From assembly GCA_947627195.1 (NCBI GenBank), contig CANQVC010000022.1:1-28837 (forward strand): 28,837 bases of DNA, read 5' to 3'. The DNA is from an uncultured Bacilli bacterium. Its GTDB lineage: Bacteria; Bacillota_I; Bacilli_A; ML615J-28; CAG-698. The translations under genes and the position numbers were made by a program. This document shows positions 8,670-17,167 of this stretch, piece after piece. Below the pieces are notes generated by a model, which was not told the DNA's origin, did no database searches, and was given only the letters and a program-made list of their open reading frames with translations. The first letter of the stretch is position 1, and every line of letters begins with the position of its first letter.

Positions 8670-10936
8670 TCTATCTCTCCTTTCAAAGACTCTTTAACGG
8701 AGATTTTATATAATTTCTTTAATTGACGTGATGTAACATATAGTGATATTAAAATCATTCCTAAAATAATTAAAAAATAATCTTGGAAATATAAGAAAGT
8801 AAACTGATCATTTAATGCTGGAACAAAAATAACTAATATAGATGCAATAGCAAAGAAAATAAATGCTGGAATTAAACAAATAAACATACGGAAGAACATT
8901 CCCATTTTAATTTCATTAGATTTAATGCCCATAGATCTAAATATTGATATATCTGATTTAAATGCTAATAAAGATTTACTTGTACATAAATATACAAATA
9001 TTGCAATAAATAAGACAGCTAATATATATAATACATAAGCTATTAATTTAATAATGGAAACGCCTAAAACTTCTAAAGCATCATTAGGAACTTCTTCATA
9101 TGACAATGTAGCTATATATCCCATATCTTTTAATTTAGATATTTGTTTTTTTGCTTCATTATTATCTTTATAAAATATTGATGCTTGATTATAAATATCA
9201 GTCATATAATTATCCATAATGTCATTAATAATATCAATAGAAATTACAAAAATTGACATACCATTATTAATATTATCGCCATGTAAATTATTAGGCATTT
9301 CTGAATATAAATCATCAATAGACAATTCTTTTGAATATGTTAATGTTTTTACTTCTGCCTCTATATATCCATAATATCCATAATAATATTTTTCAAAAGT
9401 ATATGAAAGTTCAAGAGTAAAATTAGATATTTTCCCAGCTTCAAGATCTTCTTTAAATAATATATCTTCAATATATATTTCACCTTTTTGATCAGAAAAA
9501 GATATACATAAATTATCTGCTGAATATAAATCAATATTTCCATTATCATATATTGTAGCAGAAATATTAGTATAACTAGCATTTCTACTAATATATGTCA
9601 TAAAACTTAAAGCATTAAAACCATCATGTGTCAATAAAGCTTTACCTTGTTTATTATTATCATAAAAATATTTAACACCAACAATTCTAAAAACACTAAA
9701 GTCTTTTAAAATAATTTTTTCTTTTAATAATTGTTCTGTTGAATAAGAACTTCTTACACCAATAGGAATATATAAAAATACTTCATCTGCTTTTTCAGGA
9801 TATCTACCATAAATGTTTTCACCAAAACCTTCATCAATAACGATATCTAATGCAATTGGTCTTCCACGATTTGCATATTTATCTGGATTATATATATAAC
9901 AATAACTATCTTCGTCAAATAAAAAATCAAAAGAATAACATTTTTTAGCGTTTGTTTCTTGTTTAATCAATTCTAATTCTTCATTTGAAATTGGTTTTCT
10001 ATCATTATTAGTAATAACAACTCTTCCAGGTAATGATGTAAAATAAGTATAATTATAATATGCTTCATTTACCATTGTTTTTACTAATAATGTTACACCA
10101 TATAAAGCAAGAATGGCAATAATCATAAATGCACACATGAATGTTGAAAGCTTAGGTCTTGATGTAAAAATAGCTTTACCTAAAATCATGCCATTTTTGA
10201 TAGATGGTTTTGATGATACATGTTTATCTATTTTTTCTTCAACTAAATTAATATCATTATTTAATTTATGATCATATTCAACAGACCCATCAAAAATACG
10301 AATATGTCTTGTTGCATATTGTTCTACTTCATCAAAATTATGAGTTACAATAATTAATAATTTATCTTTTGATACTTCTTTTAAAAGTTTAATTATTTCT
10401 TTAGATGTTGCAGCATCTAAATTACCAGTTGGTTCATCAGCTAAGATAATTGGGCTATCTTTAGCTAATGCCCGAGCAATAACAGTTCTTTGTTTTTGTC
10501 CACCTGATAATTTGCTAGCTTTTTGATTAAGATGATCAATCATATCTACTCTTTTAAGTAATTCGATTGCTCTATTTTTTCTTTCTTTTCTATCTTTAAT
10601 ATGGAATAATGCTAGTTCAACATTTTGTAATACTGTACAACTTTCCATAATGTTGTAATCTTGGAATATGAATGATATATATTTTTCACGATATTCTTCC
10701 CATTCTTTTTGGGTATAATGTTGAGTTGGACAATCTTCAACAATCATTTCCCCTTCTTCATATGTATCCATTCCACTAATTACATTTAATAATGTCGACT
10801 TACCAGATCCTGATTTACCTGTTATAGCAACAAATTCTCCACGATCAAATGATAAATTAACACCTCTTATTCCAACAGTTACATTAGAATTTGATACATA
10901 TATTTTACCAATATCTTTTAATGTTAATAATGCCAT
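8666..10936 (-). CDS. MacB-type fused ABC ATPase / FtsX permease (operon partner of 5775..8669)
   Basis: Walker A GKSGSGKST, LSGGQKQR, Walker B ILADE, TM1, large ectodomain, C-terminal FtsX. RBS AGGAGG before the ATG. Confidence 0.8.
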   Translation of the reverse strand: MALLTLKDIGKIYVSNSNVTVGIRGVNLSFDRGEFVAITGKSGSGKSTLLNVISGMDTYEEGEMIVEDCPTQHYTQKEWEEYREKYISFIFQDYNIMESCTVLQNVELALFHIKDRKERKNRAIELLKRVDMIDHLNQKASKLSGGQKQRTVIARALAKDSPIILADEPTGNLDAATSKEIIKLLKEVSKDKLLIIVTHNFDEVEQYATRHIRIFDGSVEYDHKLNNDINLVEEKIDKHVSSKPSIKNGMILGKAIFTSRPKLSTFMCAFMIIAILALYGVTLLVKTMVNEAYYNYTYFTSLPGRVVITNNDRKPISNEELELIKQETNAKKCYSFDFLFDEDSYCYIYNPDKYANRGRPIALDIVIDEGFGENIYGRYPEKADEVFLYIPIGVRSSYSTEQLLKEKIILKDFSVFRIVGVKYFYDNNKQGKALLTHDGFNALSFMTYISRNASYTNISATIYDNGNIDLYSADNLCISFSDQKGEIYIEDILFKEDLEAGKISNFTLELSYTFEKYYYGYYGYIEAEVKTLTYSKELSIDDLYSEMPNNLHGDNINNGMSIFVISIDIINDIMDNYMTDIYNQASIFYKDNNEAKKQISKLKDMGYIATLSYEEVPNDALEVLGVSIIKLIAYVLYILAVLFIAIFVYLCTSKSLLAFKSDISIFRSMGIKSNEIKMGMFFRMFICLIPAFIFFAIASILVIFVPALNDQFTFLYFQDYFLIILGMILISLYVTSRQLKKLYKISVKESLKGEIE

Positions 10937-10982
10937 ATATTTCCTCCTAAATTATATTTTTATTGTATAATTAGTTATTTTT

Positions 10983-10991
10983 TGTTATAAT
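10983..10991 (+). promoter_or_regulatory. Extended -10 element (TGtTATAAT) for the divergent plus-strand DUF2752 gene
   Basis: TGTTATAAT at 10983-10991 in the divergent intergenic region. It is only ~17 nt before the ATG at 11008 and no clear -35 is visible, so confidence is modest. Confidence 0.3.
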
Positions 10992-11007
10992 TATATAGGT
11001 GATTAAT

Positions 11008-11379
11008 ATGAATTCTAATATAATCCATAATAAAATATTTATAATATCTGAAATTATAAGAATAATTTTTTATATTACCTTTTTTAGTATTTTCATTATT
11101 ATTCCAACTAAACATTTTGAAGAAGCAAAATCTATTTGTATGATTTATAGATATACAGGTATGAAATGTCCAACATGTGGAGTTACTAGAGCATTTTCAA
11201 GTTTAATGCATTTAAACTTTAAAAAAGCATTTGAGTATCATCCTATATTTACAATATCATTTGGACCAATTTGTATATTTATTTTTCTACAGGATTTATG
11301 GATGATTATACATCGTCATATTAAAAAGAATGATTCACTTTCTATTTTAGAATTTACTTTCTTGAAATATATTGCTTGA
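11008..11379 (+). CDS. DUF2752-family small membrane protein (CPxCGxTRA motif)
   Basis: 'MKCPTCGVTRAF' matches the DUF2752 hallmark. Flanking TM helices are present. The ORF track starts at a GTG at 10999. The ATG at 11008 is preferred because RBS AGGTGA sits 7 nt upstream. Confidence 0.6.
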   Translation: MNSNIIHNKIFIISEIIRIIFYITFFSIFIIIPTKHFEEAKSICMIYRYTGMKCPTCGVTRAFSSLMHLNFKKAFEYHPIFTISFGPICIFIFLQDLWMIIHRHIKKNDSLSILEFTFLKYIA

Positions 11380-11570
11380 GGTATAAGATGAAAACACTAT
11401 ATATTATATTAACAATTTTTGTATGTTTGGGTTTTTTCTTATTTACAGGAATATTAATTTATAGTTACATTAAAAAGAAAAAATCAACATTGATAATGTT
11501 TATTATTTTTTTTGTTCTTACACTTGTATTATTTGCTATATGGGCAATAATAAGAAATATGATTACCTAA
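11376..11570 (+). CDS. Small two-TM membrane protein, translationally coupled to the DUF2752 gene
   Basis: 64 aa with two clear hydrophobic helices. It overlaps the upstream stop by 4 nt (ATGA) and lies between the DUF2752 gene and a bidirectional terminator. Confidence 0.4.
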   Translation: MRYKMKTLYIILTIFVCLGFFLFTGILIYSYIKKKKSTLIMFIIFFVLTLVLFAIWAIIRNMIT

Positions 11571-11608
11571 TCAATTATTTAAAAATTTTTAAACATTTAT
11601 ATATTATA

Positions 11609-11652
11609 TAAAAAACATCAAAATGATATTTATCAAATTGATGTTTTTTTTC
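11609..11652. terminator. Bidirectional rho-independent terminator between convergent gene sets
   Basis: A-tract, then hairpin ACATCAAAATGATA/TATCAAATTGATGT (imperfect, ~14 bp), then T8. It can terminate the plus-strand DUF2752 pair and the minus-strand ABC pair. Confidence 0.5.
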
Positions 11653-11742
11653 AATATGATAAACAATAAATGTATAAAAATACTATCTATTATTTTACCA
11701 TAAAAGCATTAAAAAAGATATAAAATTTTATAAATATTCATC

Positions 11743-14382
11743 TTATAGTTTCTGTGATATATATTTTTTTAAAGCATGTCTTGAAAAATATATAATAAGA
11801 ATTGAACTAATTACTAAACTAATTGCATATAATATTAAACATTTTAAAAATGTTAAATTAAACCAACTTGTTGTTAATTGATATGCATTTTTAAAATATA
11901 ATTCTAAAGAAGCAATTAAAATTTCAATTATGATAAAAGAAACTAAAAATGGAATAGTTATAATTAATAAACCTGCAAATAACAAAAACAAAATTAATGA
12001 TTTCTTGTTCATACCAGTTCTTCTTAAATAATAAAGACTTTTTCTTTTGGAAAAAACTGTTTGATATATATCTATTAATAAAATTAACGATATAATAGAT
12101 GTGAAAATTGAAATGATTGTACATATTAATTTCCATGTATTTATAGATGATTTAACTCTAAAAAGGTTGGGTTCAATAATATATGCTTCTAAAAAATTAT
12201 AAGATGTGTATTCAATCAAATCTTTTTGTATAAAATATTCATCTATAGTTTTATTATCATATATTTTATTTTTGTGACTAAAGTCTTTATAAAAATGATA
12301 ATCTTTTTCTAAATCATATGATAAGGCTACATATATTCTATCATATATTTGTGAATTATAACGAACATTTTTATATATATCAACAATTTCTGAACAGGCA
12401 TATGCTGTATAAATATTACTATTAATATCGTCATTTATTTTATTACTTTTCTCAAGATAAAACCCAACAAGATTAACAGGTGTCTCAAAATTATAAAATG
12501 ATAAAAATGTTGATGTATCAGATTTTTTTAATTTAGTTTCAATAGCCTCTTTGAAGAGATTTGCATAAGAATATTCTGGTTGAAATTTGTTTATTTCATT
12601 TTGTTTAATATAATAAACATAATCATCTAAATTAGATTCCTTTGTTTCTTTTTCAAATTCGTCTTTTATACTATCCCATGAATCACTAACAACTTCCTTA
12701 ATGTATGATGAAAAGAAATCATATTTTAAAATAACTATAATGCCATTTTCTTTATTTTTATCATCGATATATACAATTTTTTCATTTGATAAATCATTTT
12801 CCGTTTTAACATTTTCAATAGAAATTTCTTTATGTGTACATTCACTAAAATTTTTAATTGTACATATTTTATCTAAGTAAGTCTCATCATCACTATCATT
12901 ATTTAATTTTATTGAAAATGTATTATCCCGATAGCCAAGACTAAAATCTTCATCAATTTTTTCAATTGCTGCAATATTAAAACCTTGATATGTAAAAAAA
13001 AGATGTTTAAAATCACTTGCCTTAGATGTATCAATAATTCCAACAATCTTGAATTTTGGTTGAAAAGTATTACTTCCTGCATTATAAATTAAATTAATAA
13101 TATCATTATAATTGCTAATATTTTTAATTTCATTATCATATTTATATCCGAATTTTTTATAAATATTAAACCAATAATCAGTAATTAGAATTTCATTATT
13201 TGCTTGAGGCATATGACCACAAATTAAATTCAATTCTAATCTATTCATTAATTCATCATTTATTTCAACAAATTCACCAAGATCTCCACCTTGTATATAC
13301 TTTAATGCTTCACTATGAAATTCATCTGGAATATTACAAAAGTGAGAAAAATAAGGAGAATTATAAACAGGTATAGTTTCCAATCCATAATTATCATGAA
13401 TGTATTTAACATCTATTGCTGTTAAAACATAAGCATCACGCCAATTACTTGGCTCAGGAAAATAACTTTTGCTTTCTATTTTAATATATTTAGAATTTTC
13501 AGCATATGCACTATTAAGTTCAATTTTTTTTTCATCTAAAAACGAAACAGATATAGTAAATAATAATAATAAAAATGTAATTATTAAACCAAAACCTAAA
13601 AATATTAATCTCTTAACTTTTACTGTTGTCCACCCTTTTAATATCCTTAGATAACTTCCTATCTTTGTCTTGGTTTCTTTTTCTTTATTAGATATTGTCG
13701 TTTTATTTTGTTCAGATTCTATTGTTCCTTGAACTTCTATTTTCCCTTCTTTTATTTCTATTATTATATCTGCATATTCTTTTATTTCTTCTTGATGACT
13801 TATTATTATTACTAATCTTTCTTTACTTATTTCTTTTAATTTATTAAATACATTCTCTCCTGATTCTTTATCTAATGCCCCTGTTACTTCATCACATAGT
13901 AATATCTTTGGTTTCTTTAATATTACTTCTGCTAAGGCTACTCTTTGTTGTTGTCCTCCTGATAATTCATTTACTTTTCTTTTCTTTAGTCCTTCTATTC
14001 CTAATTCTTTTAATATTTCTTCTATCTCTTCTTCTCTTCTCTTTATTCTACTTATTTCTAAATATGTCTTTATATTATCTATTACATTTATTTCTTCTAA
14101 TAATTGATATTTTTGATATACTATTCCTATCTCTTTTCTTCGATATTCACTTAACTCTTTTTCTTTTAATTCTTTTAAATTTTTATTATTTACTATTATT
14201 TCTCCCTCTTCAAAACAATCTATTCCTCCAATTAGATTTAATAGTGTTGTTTTTCCTACGCCAGATTTACCTACTATTGCTATCATTCCTTTATTAGGTA
14301 ATTCTATATTAACATCTTTTAATACTTCTATTTTTTCATTATTCGTTGTATAACTTTTACTTAAATGTCTTATTTCTATCAT
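11743..14382 (-). CDS. MacB-type fused ABC ATPase / FtsX permease, tandem paralog B (ATPase module identical to paralog A)
   Basis: Walker A GKSGVGKTT, LSGGQQQR, Walker B LLCDE, TM1, ~500-aa ectodomain (FKIVGIIDT motif), C-terminal FtsX. The track ORF begins at 14394 (MRCQM...). The real start is probably the ATG at 14382 (MIEIRHL...), matching paralog 1, with GAGGTG 6 nt upstream. Confidence 0.8.
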   Translation of the reverse strand: MIEIRHLSKSYTTNNEKIEVLKDVNIELPNKGMIAIVGKSGVGKTTLLNLIGGIDCFEEGEIIVNNKNLKELKEKELSEYRRKEIGIVYQKYQLLEEINVIDNIKTYLEISRIKRREEEIEEILKELGIEGLKKRKVNELSGGQQQRVALAEVILKKPKILLCDEVTGALDKESGENVFNKLKEISKERLVIIISHQEEIKEYADIIIEIKEGKIEVQGTIESEQNKTTISNKEKETKTKIGSYLRILKGWTTVKVKRLIFLGFGLIITFLLLLFTISVSFLDEKKIELNSAYAENSKYIKIESKSYFPEPSNWRDAYVLTAIDVKYIHDNYGLETIPVYNSPYFSHFCNIPDEFHSEALKYIQGGDLGEFVEINDELMNRLELNLICGHMPQANNEILITDYWFNIYKKFGYKYDNEIKNISNYNDIINLIYNAGSNTFQPKFKIVGIIDTSKASDFKHLFFTYQGFNIAAIEKIDEDFSLGYRDNTFSIKLNNDSDDETYLDKICTIKNFSECTHKEISIENVKTENDLSNEKIVYIDDKNKENGIIVILKYDFFSSYIKEVVSDSWDSIKDEFEKETKESNLDDYVYYIKQNEINKFQPEYSYANLFKEAIETKLKKSDTSTFLSFYNFETPVNLVGFYLEKSNKINDDINSNIYTAYACSEIVDIYKNVRYNSQIYDRIYVALSYDLEKDYHFYKDFSHKNKIYDNKTIDEYFIQKDLIEYTSYNFLEAYIIEPNLFRVKSSINTWKLICTIISIFTSIISLILLIDIYQTVFSKRKSLYYLRRTGMNKKSLILFLLFAGLLIITIPFLVSFIIIEILIASLELYFKNAYQLTTSWFNLTFLKCLILYAISLVISSILIIYFSRHALKKYISQKL

Positions 14383-14395
14383 TTGACACCTCATT
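13563..14395 (-). repeat. Direct repeat copy 1 (~835 bp, ~99.8% identical to 16286..17118): shared ATPase-module cassette
   Basis: The antisense ORFs 13875..14297 and 16598..17020 translate identically. The two genes have identical N-terminal 277 aa. Constant offset of 2723 bp. I saw 1-2 synonymous mismatches, and one flank shows decaying similarity. Confidence 0.85.
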
Positions 14396-17105
14396 GAATT
14401 GTTAATATATTTTGATAAGGCATAATTTTAAATGTATTTTTCAATGGTAAAATTATACTACATAAGCTAAAAATAGAAATTATAATCAAAATAAATAAAA
14501 ATTTTAAAGTAGTTAAATCAAAAATATTTAAATTAACCAAATAATGACTATATAAATAACTATTTACAAAATAAACAGCAATATAGAATAAAATTAAACT
14601 AAAAATAATAAAGAAAATTATAAATTTAAAGCATTGTATAATATACAATATAAAGAAATCTTTATGTGACATTCCCATACCTCTTAGTAATCCAATATCA
14701 TTAACTTTCTCATTAATTATTCCACTGAAACAATAGCTTATTAAAAACAAACTAGCAAAAATCATAAAAACAGCAATTATTGGCGAAACAATATGAACAA
14801 GTGAATATATAGGACTATCATCATTAAGATCTAATTGTTGTGGGGAAATCATCACATATCTAAAAGATTCTATACCGTTTGGCAATAAATCTTTATTTGT
14901 CTTTTCTTTTCTTAAATCTTTAATCATTTTATAATCTTTTTTATAATTATATGTTAAAGGGATGTTATATGAATATAATTCAAAAAATTTTTCATCATTA
15001 TTATCATATATCGTATTAAAAAGTTCTTTACTAACATAAATAGGATTTGAAGCATTTGCATTTCCAGTAAGGTAGAATCCAACAATTTTCATATTTAAAT
15101 CAGTATTACTTCTAGTTTTCATAATAAAAGTTTCATTCAATTTTTTATTCTTAATTACATCAATAAAAAAAGAATTAACAGAATGATCTAAATCACATAA
15201 ATTTAGATAATTGCTATAAACATAATTAGCATATCCTTGAGGTGAATCATTATTATTTCCAGCAATAATTCCTGCTCTACTTAAATAATTTGAACGAATA
15301 GATGGATAAACTGAAATAGCATATTTATAAATTTCATCTTTTACATCTTTAATTAAGTTTGAATCTTCGTTTTTAATTATAGGAATAATACATTCATTTT
15401 CTTTTAAATTAATATTACCTGTTTCTCTATTTTGGTTATCAATATAATTTACAAGCTCATTACAATATGGATAAAGAGCTATAAATTTACCGTAATGTCC
15501 TGTATATACATAATTATTATACATATTATCACATCCAAAATACATATATGAATTTTCTTTTGTATATTCTTCTATAAAATTTTCTTTTACATAAATAGCA
15601 TTATGCATATTTGATAAACTCTCAACATAAAGTTTATCAGTCAATCGATATTCAGGTAAATCTAAATCATAAGGTTTATTTTCTAACTCACCAATATCGA
15701 TATTAAATCTTTCATCAATATTTGTATCTATGATTCCAACAACTTTAAATGACTGCTTTGGGGCTAAAGAAATTGCACTAAAAGTAATAGTTTTTCCAAT
15801 AATATCTTGATAATCATTTATCTTAAATGGTTTACCATCAACATGCAACGTTTCATACTTAATTGCATAAAAAGTATATTTTGTAATAACAATTTCTTCA
15901 TTTGTTTTAGGTAAAGTTCCATAAACTAAATGAAACTTACTTGATGTTAAAAATTCATCATTAAGCTCAATAAATTCTATTCCATCCCATAAATCAGAAG
16001 GTAATGTGAAAGTAGAAATAATATTGTTTAAAAATGTTTTATCATGAACAATTGAACTACAATTTCCTATTCTTAATAATCTTTGATTAGTTCCATTAAT
16101 TTTATATTTATCATTAATATATTTAACATCATCCATTGACAAACCAATTTCACATGATTCTGGGTCACGCCATTTACCATCAATCTTATATTCTTTACCT
16201 AATGTTAAATAAGTTGTATTTGTTCTATATAAGTCTTTGAGTAAAAGTTTTGTTTCATCTAAAAAAGACGAAGATATAGTAAACAATAATAATAAAAATG
16301 TAATTATTAAACCAAAACCTAAAAATATTAATCTCTTAACTTTTACTGTTGTCCATCCTTTTAATATCCTTAGATAACTTCCTATCTTTGTCTTGGTTTC
16401 TTTTTCTTTATTAGATATTGTCGTTTTATTTTGTTCAGATTCTATTGTTCCTTGAACTTCTATTTTCCCTTCTTTTATTTCTATTATTATATCTGCATAT
16501 TCTTTTATTTCTTCTTGATGACTTATTATTATTACTAATCTTTCTTTACTTATTTCTTTTAATTTATTAAATACATTCTCTCCTGATTCTTTATCTAATG
16601 CCCCTGTTACTTCATCACATAGTAATATCTTTGGTTTCTTTAATATTACTTCTGCTAAGGCTACTCTTTGTTGTTGTCCTCCTGATAATTCATTTACTTT
16701 TCTTTTCTTTAGTCCTTCTATTCCTAATTCTTTTAATATTTCTTCTATCTCTTCTTCTCTTCTCTTTATTCTACTTATTTCTAAATATGTCTTTATATTA
16801 TCTATTACATTTATTTCTTCTAATAATTGATATTTTTGATATACTATTCCTATCTCTTTTCTTCGATATTCACTTAACTCTTTTTCTTTTAATTCTTTTA
16901 AATTTTTATTATTTACTATTATTTCTCCCTCTTCAAAACAATCTATTCCTCCAATTAGATTTAATAGTGTTGTTTTTCCTACGCCAGATTTACCTACTAT
17001 TGCTATCATTCCTTTATTAGGTAATTCTATATTAACATCTTTTAATACTTCTATTTTTTCATTATTCGTTGTATAACTTTTACTTAAATGTCTTATTTCT
17101 ATCAT
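14391..17105 (-). CDS. MacB-type fused ABC ATPase / FtsX permease, tandem paralog A
   Basis: Same ATPase module as paralog B. The juxtamembrane ectodomain resembles paralog 1 (LDETKLLLKDLY vs IDETKMLLKGLY). C-terminal FtsX. Its TGA stop (14391-93) lies inside the RBS/ATGA of paralog B. Likely start ATG at 17105. Confidence 0.8.
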   Translation of the reverse strand: MIEIRHLSKSYTTNNEKIEVLKDVNIELPNKGMIAIVGKSGVGKTTLLNLIGGIDCFEEGEIIVNNKNLKELKEKELSEYRRKEIGIVYQKYQLLEEINVIDNIKTYLEISRIKRREEEIEEILKELGIEGLKKRKVNELSGGQQQRVALAEVILKKPKILLCDEVTGALDKESGENVFNKLKEISKERLVIIISHQEEIKEYADIIIEIKEGKIEVQGTIESEQNKTTISNKEKETKTKIGSYLRILKGWTTVKVKRLIFLGFGLIITFLLLLFTISSSFLDETKLLLKDLYRTNTTYLTLGKEYKIDGKWRDPESCEIGLSMDDVKYINDKYKINGTNQRLLRIGNCSSIVHDKTFLNNIISTFTLPSDLWDGIEFIELNDEFLTSSKFHLVYGTLPKTNEEIVITKYTFYAIKYETLHVDGKPFKINDYQDIIGKTITFSAISLAPKQSFKVVGIIDTNIDERFNIDIGELENKPYDLDLPEYRLTDKLYVESLSNMHNAIYVKENFIEEYTKENSYMYFGCDNMYNNYVYTGHYGKFIALYPYCNELVNYIDNQNRETGNINLKENECIIPIIKNEDSNLIKDVKDEIYKYAISVYPSIRSNYLSRAGIIAGNNNDSPQGYANYVYSNYLNLCDLDHSVNSFFIDVIKNKKLNETFIMKTRSNTDLNMKIVGFYLTGNANASNPIYVSKELFNTIYDNNDEKFFELYSYNIPLTYNYKKDYKMIKDLRKEKTNKDLLPNGIESFRYVMISPQQLDLNDDSPIYSLVHIVSPIIAVFMIFASLFLISYCFSGIINEKVNDIGLLRGMGMSHKDFFILYIIQCFKFIIFFIIFSLILFYIAVYFVNSYLYSHYLVNLNIFDLTTLKFLFILIIISIFSLCSIILPLKNTFKIMPYQNILTIQ

Positions 17106-17118
17106 TTGACACCTCATT
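16286..17118 (-). repeat. Direct repeat copy 2 (partner of 13563..14395)
   Basis: See copy 1. Identity ends abruptly just upstream of the RBS (17118) and decays gradually into the ectodomain-coding side. Confidence 0.85.
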
Positions 17119-17122
17119 TTTA

Positions 17123-17160
17123 AAAAATAGAGGTAAATAAAGGAAAATATTTACCTCTAT
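17123..17160 (-). terminator. Rho-independent terminator after the Big_2 surface protein gene
   Basis: Perfect 12-bp stem UAGAGGUAAAUA/UAUUUACCUCUA with an 8-nt loop, followed by UUUUUUAAAAA. It lies ~10 nt before the RBS of ABC paralog A. Confidence 0.55.
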
Positions 17161-17167
17161 TATTAAT

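Noticed and set aside
10937-10998. Strong -35/-10 promoter for the DUF2752 gene
   Set aside because: Only an extended -10 (TGtTATAAT) is recognisable, and it is very close to the start codon. No convincing -35 is present, so I reported it as a low-confidence element only.
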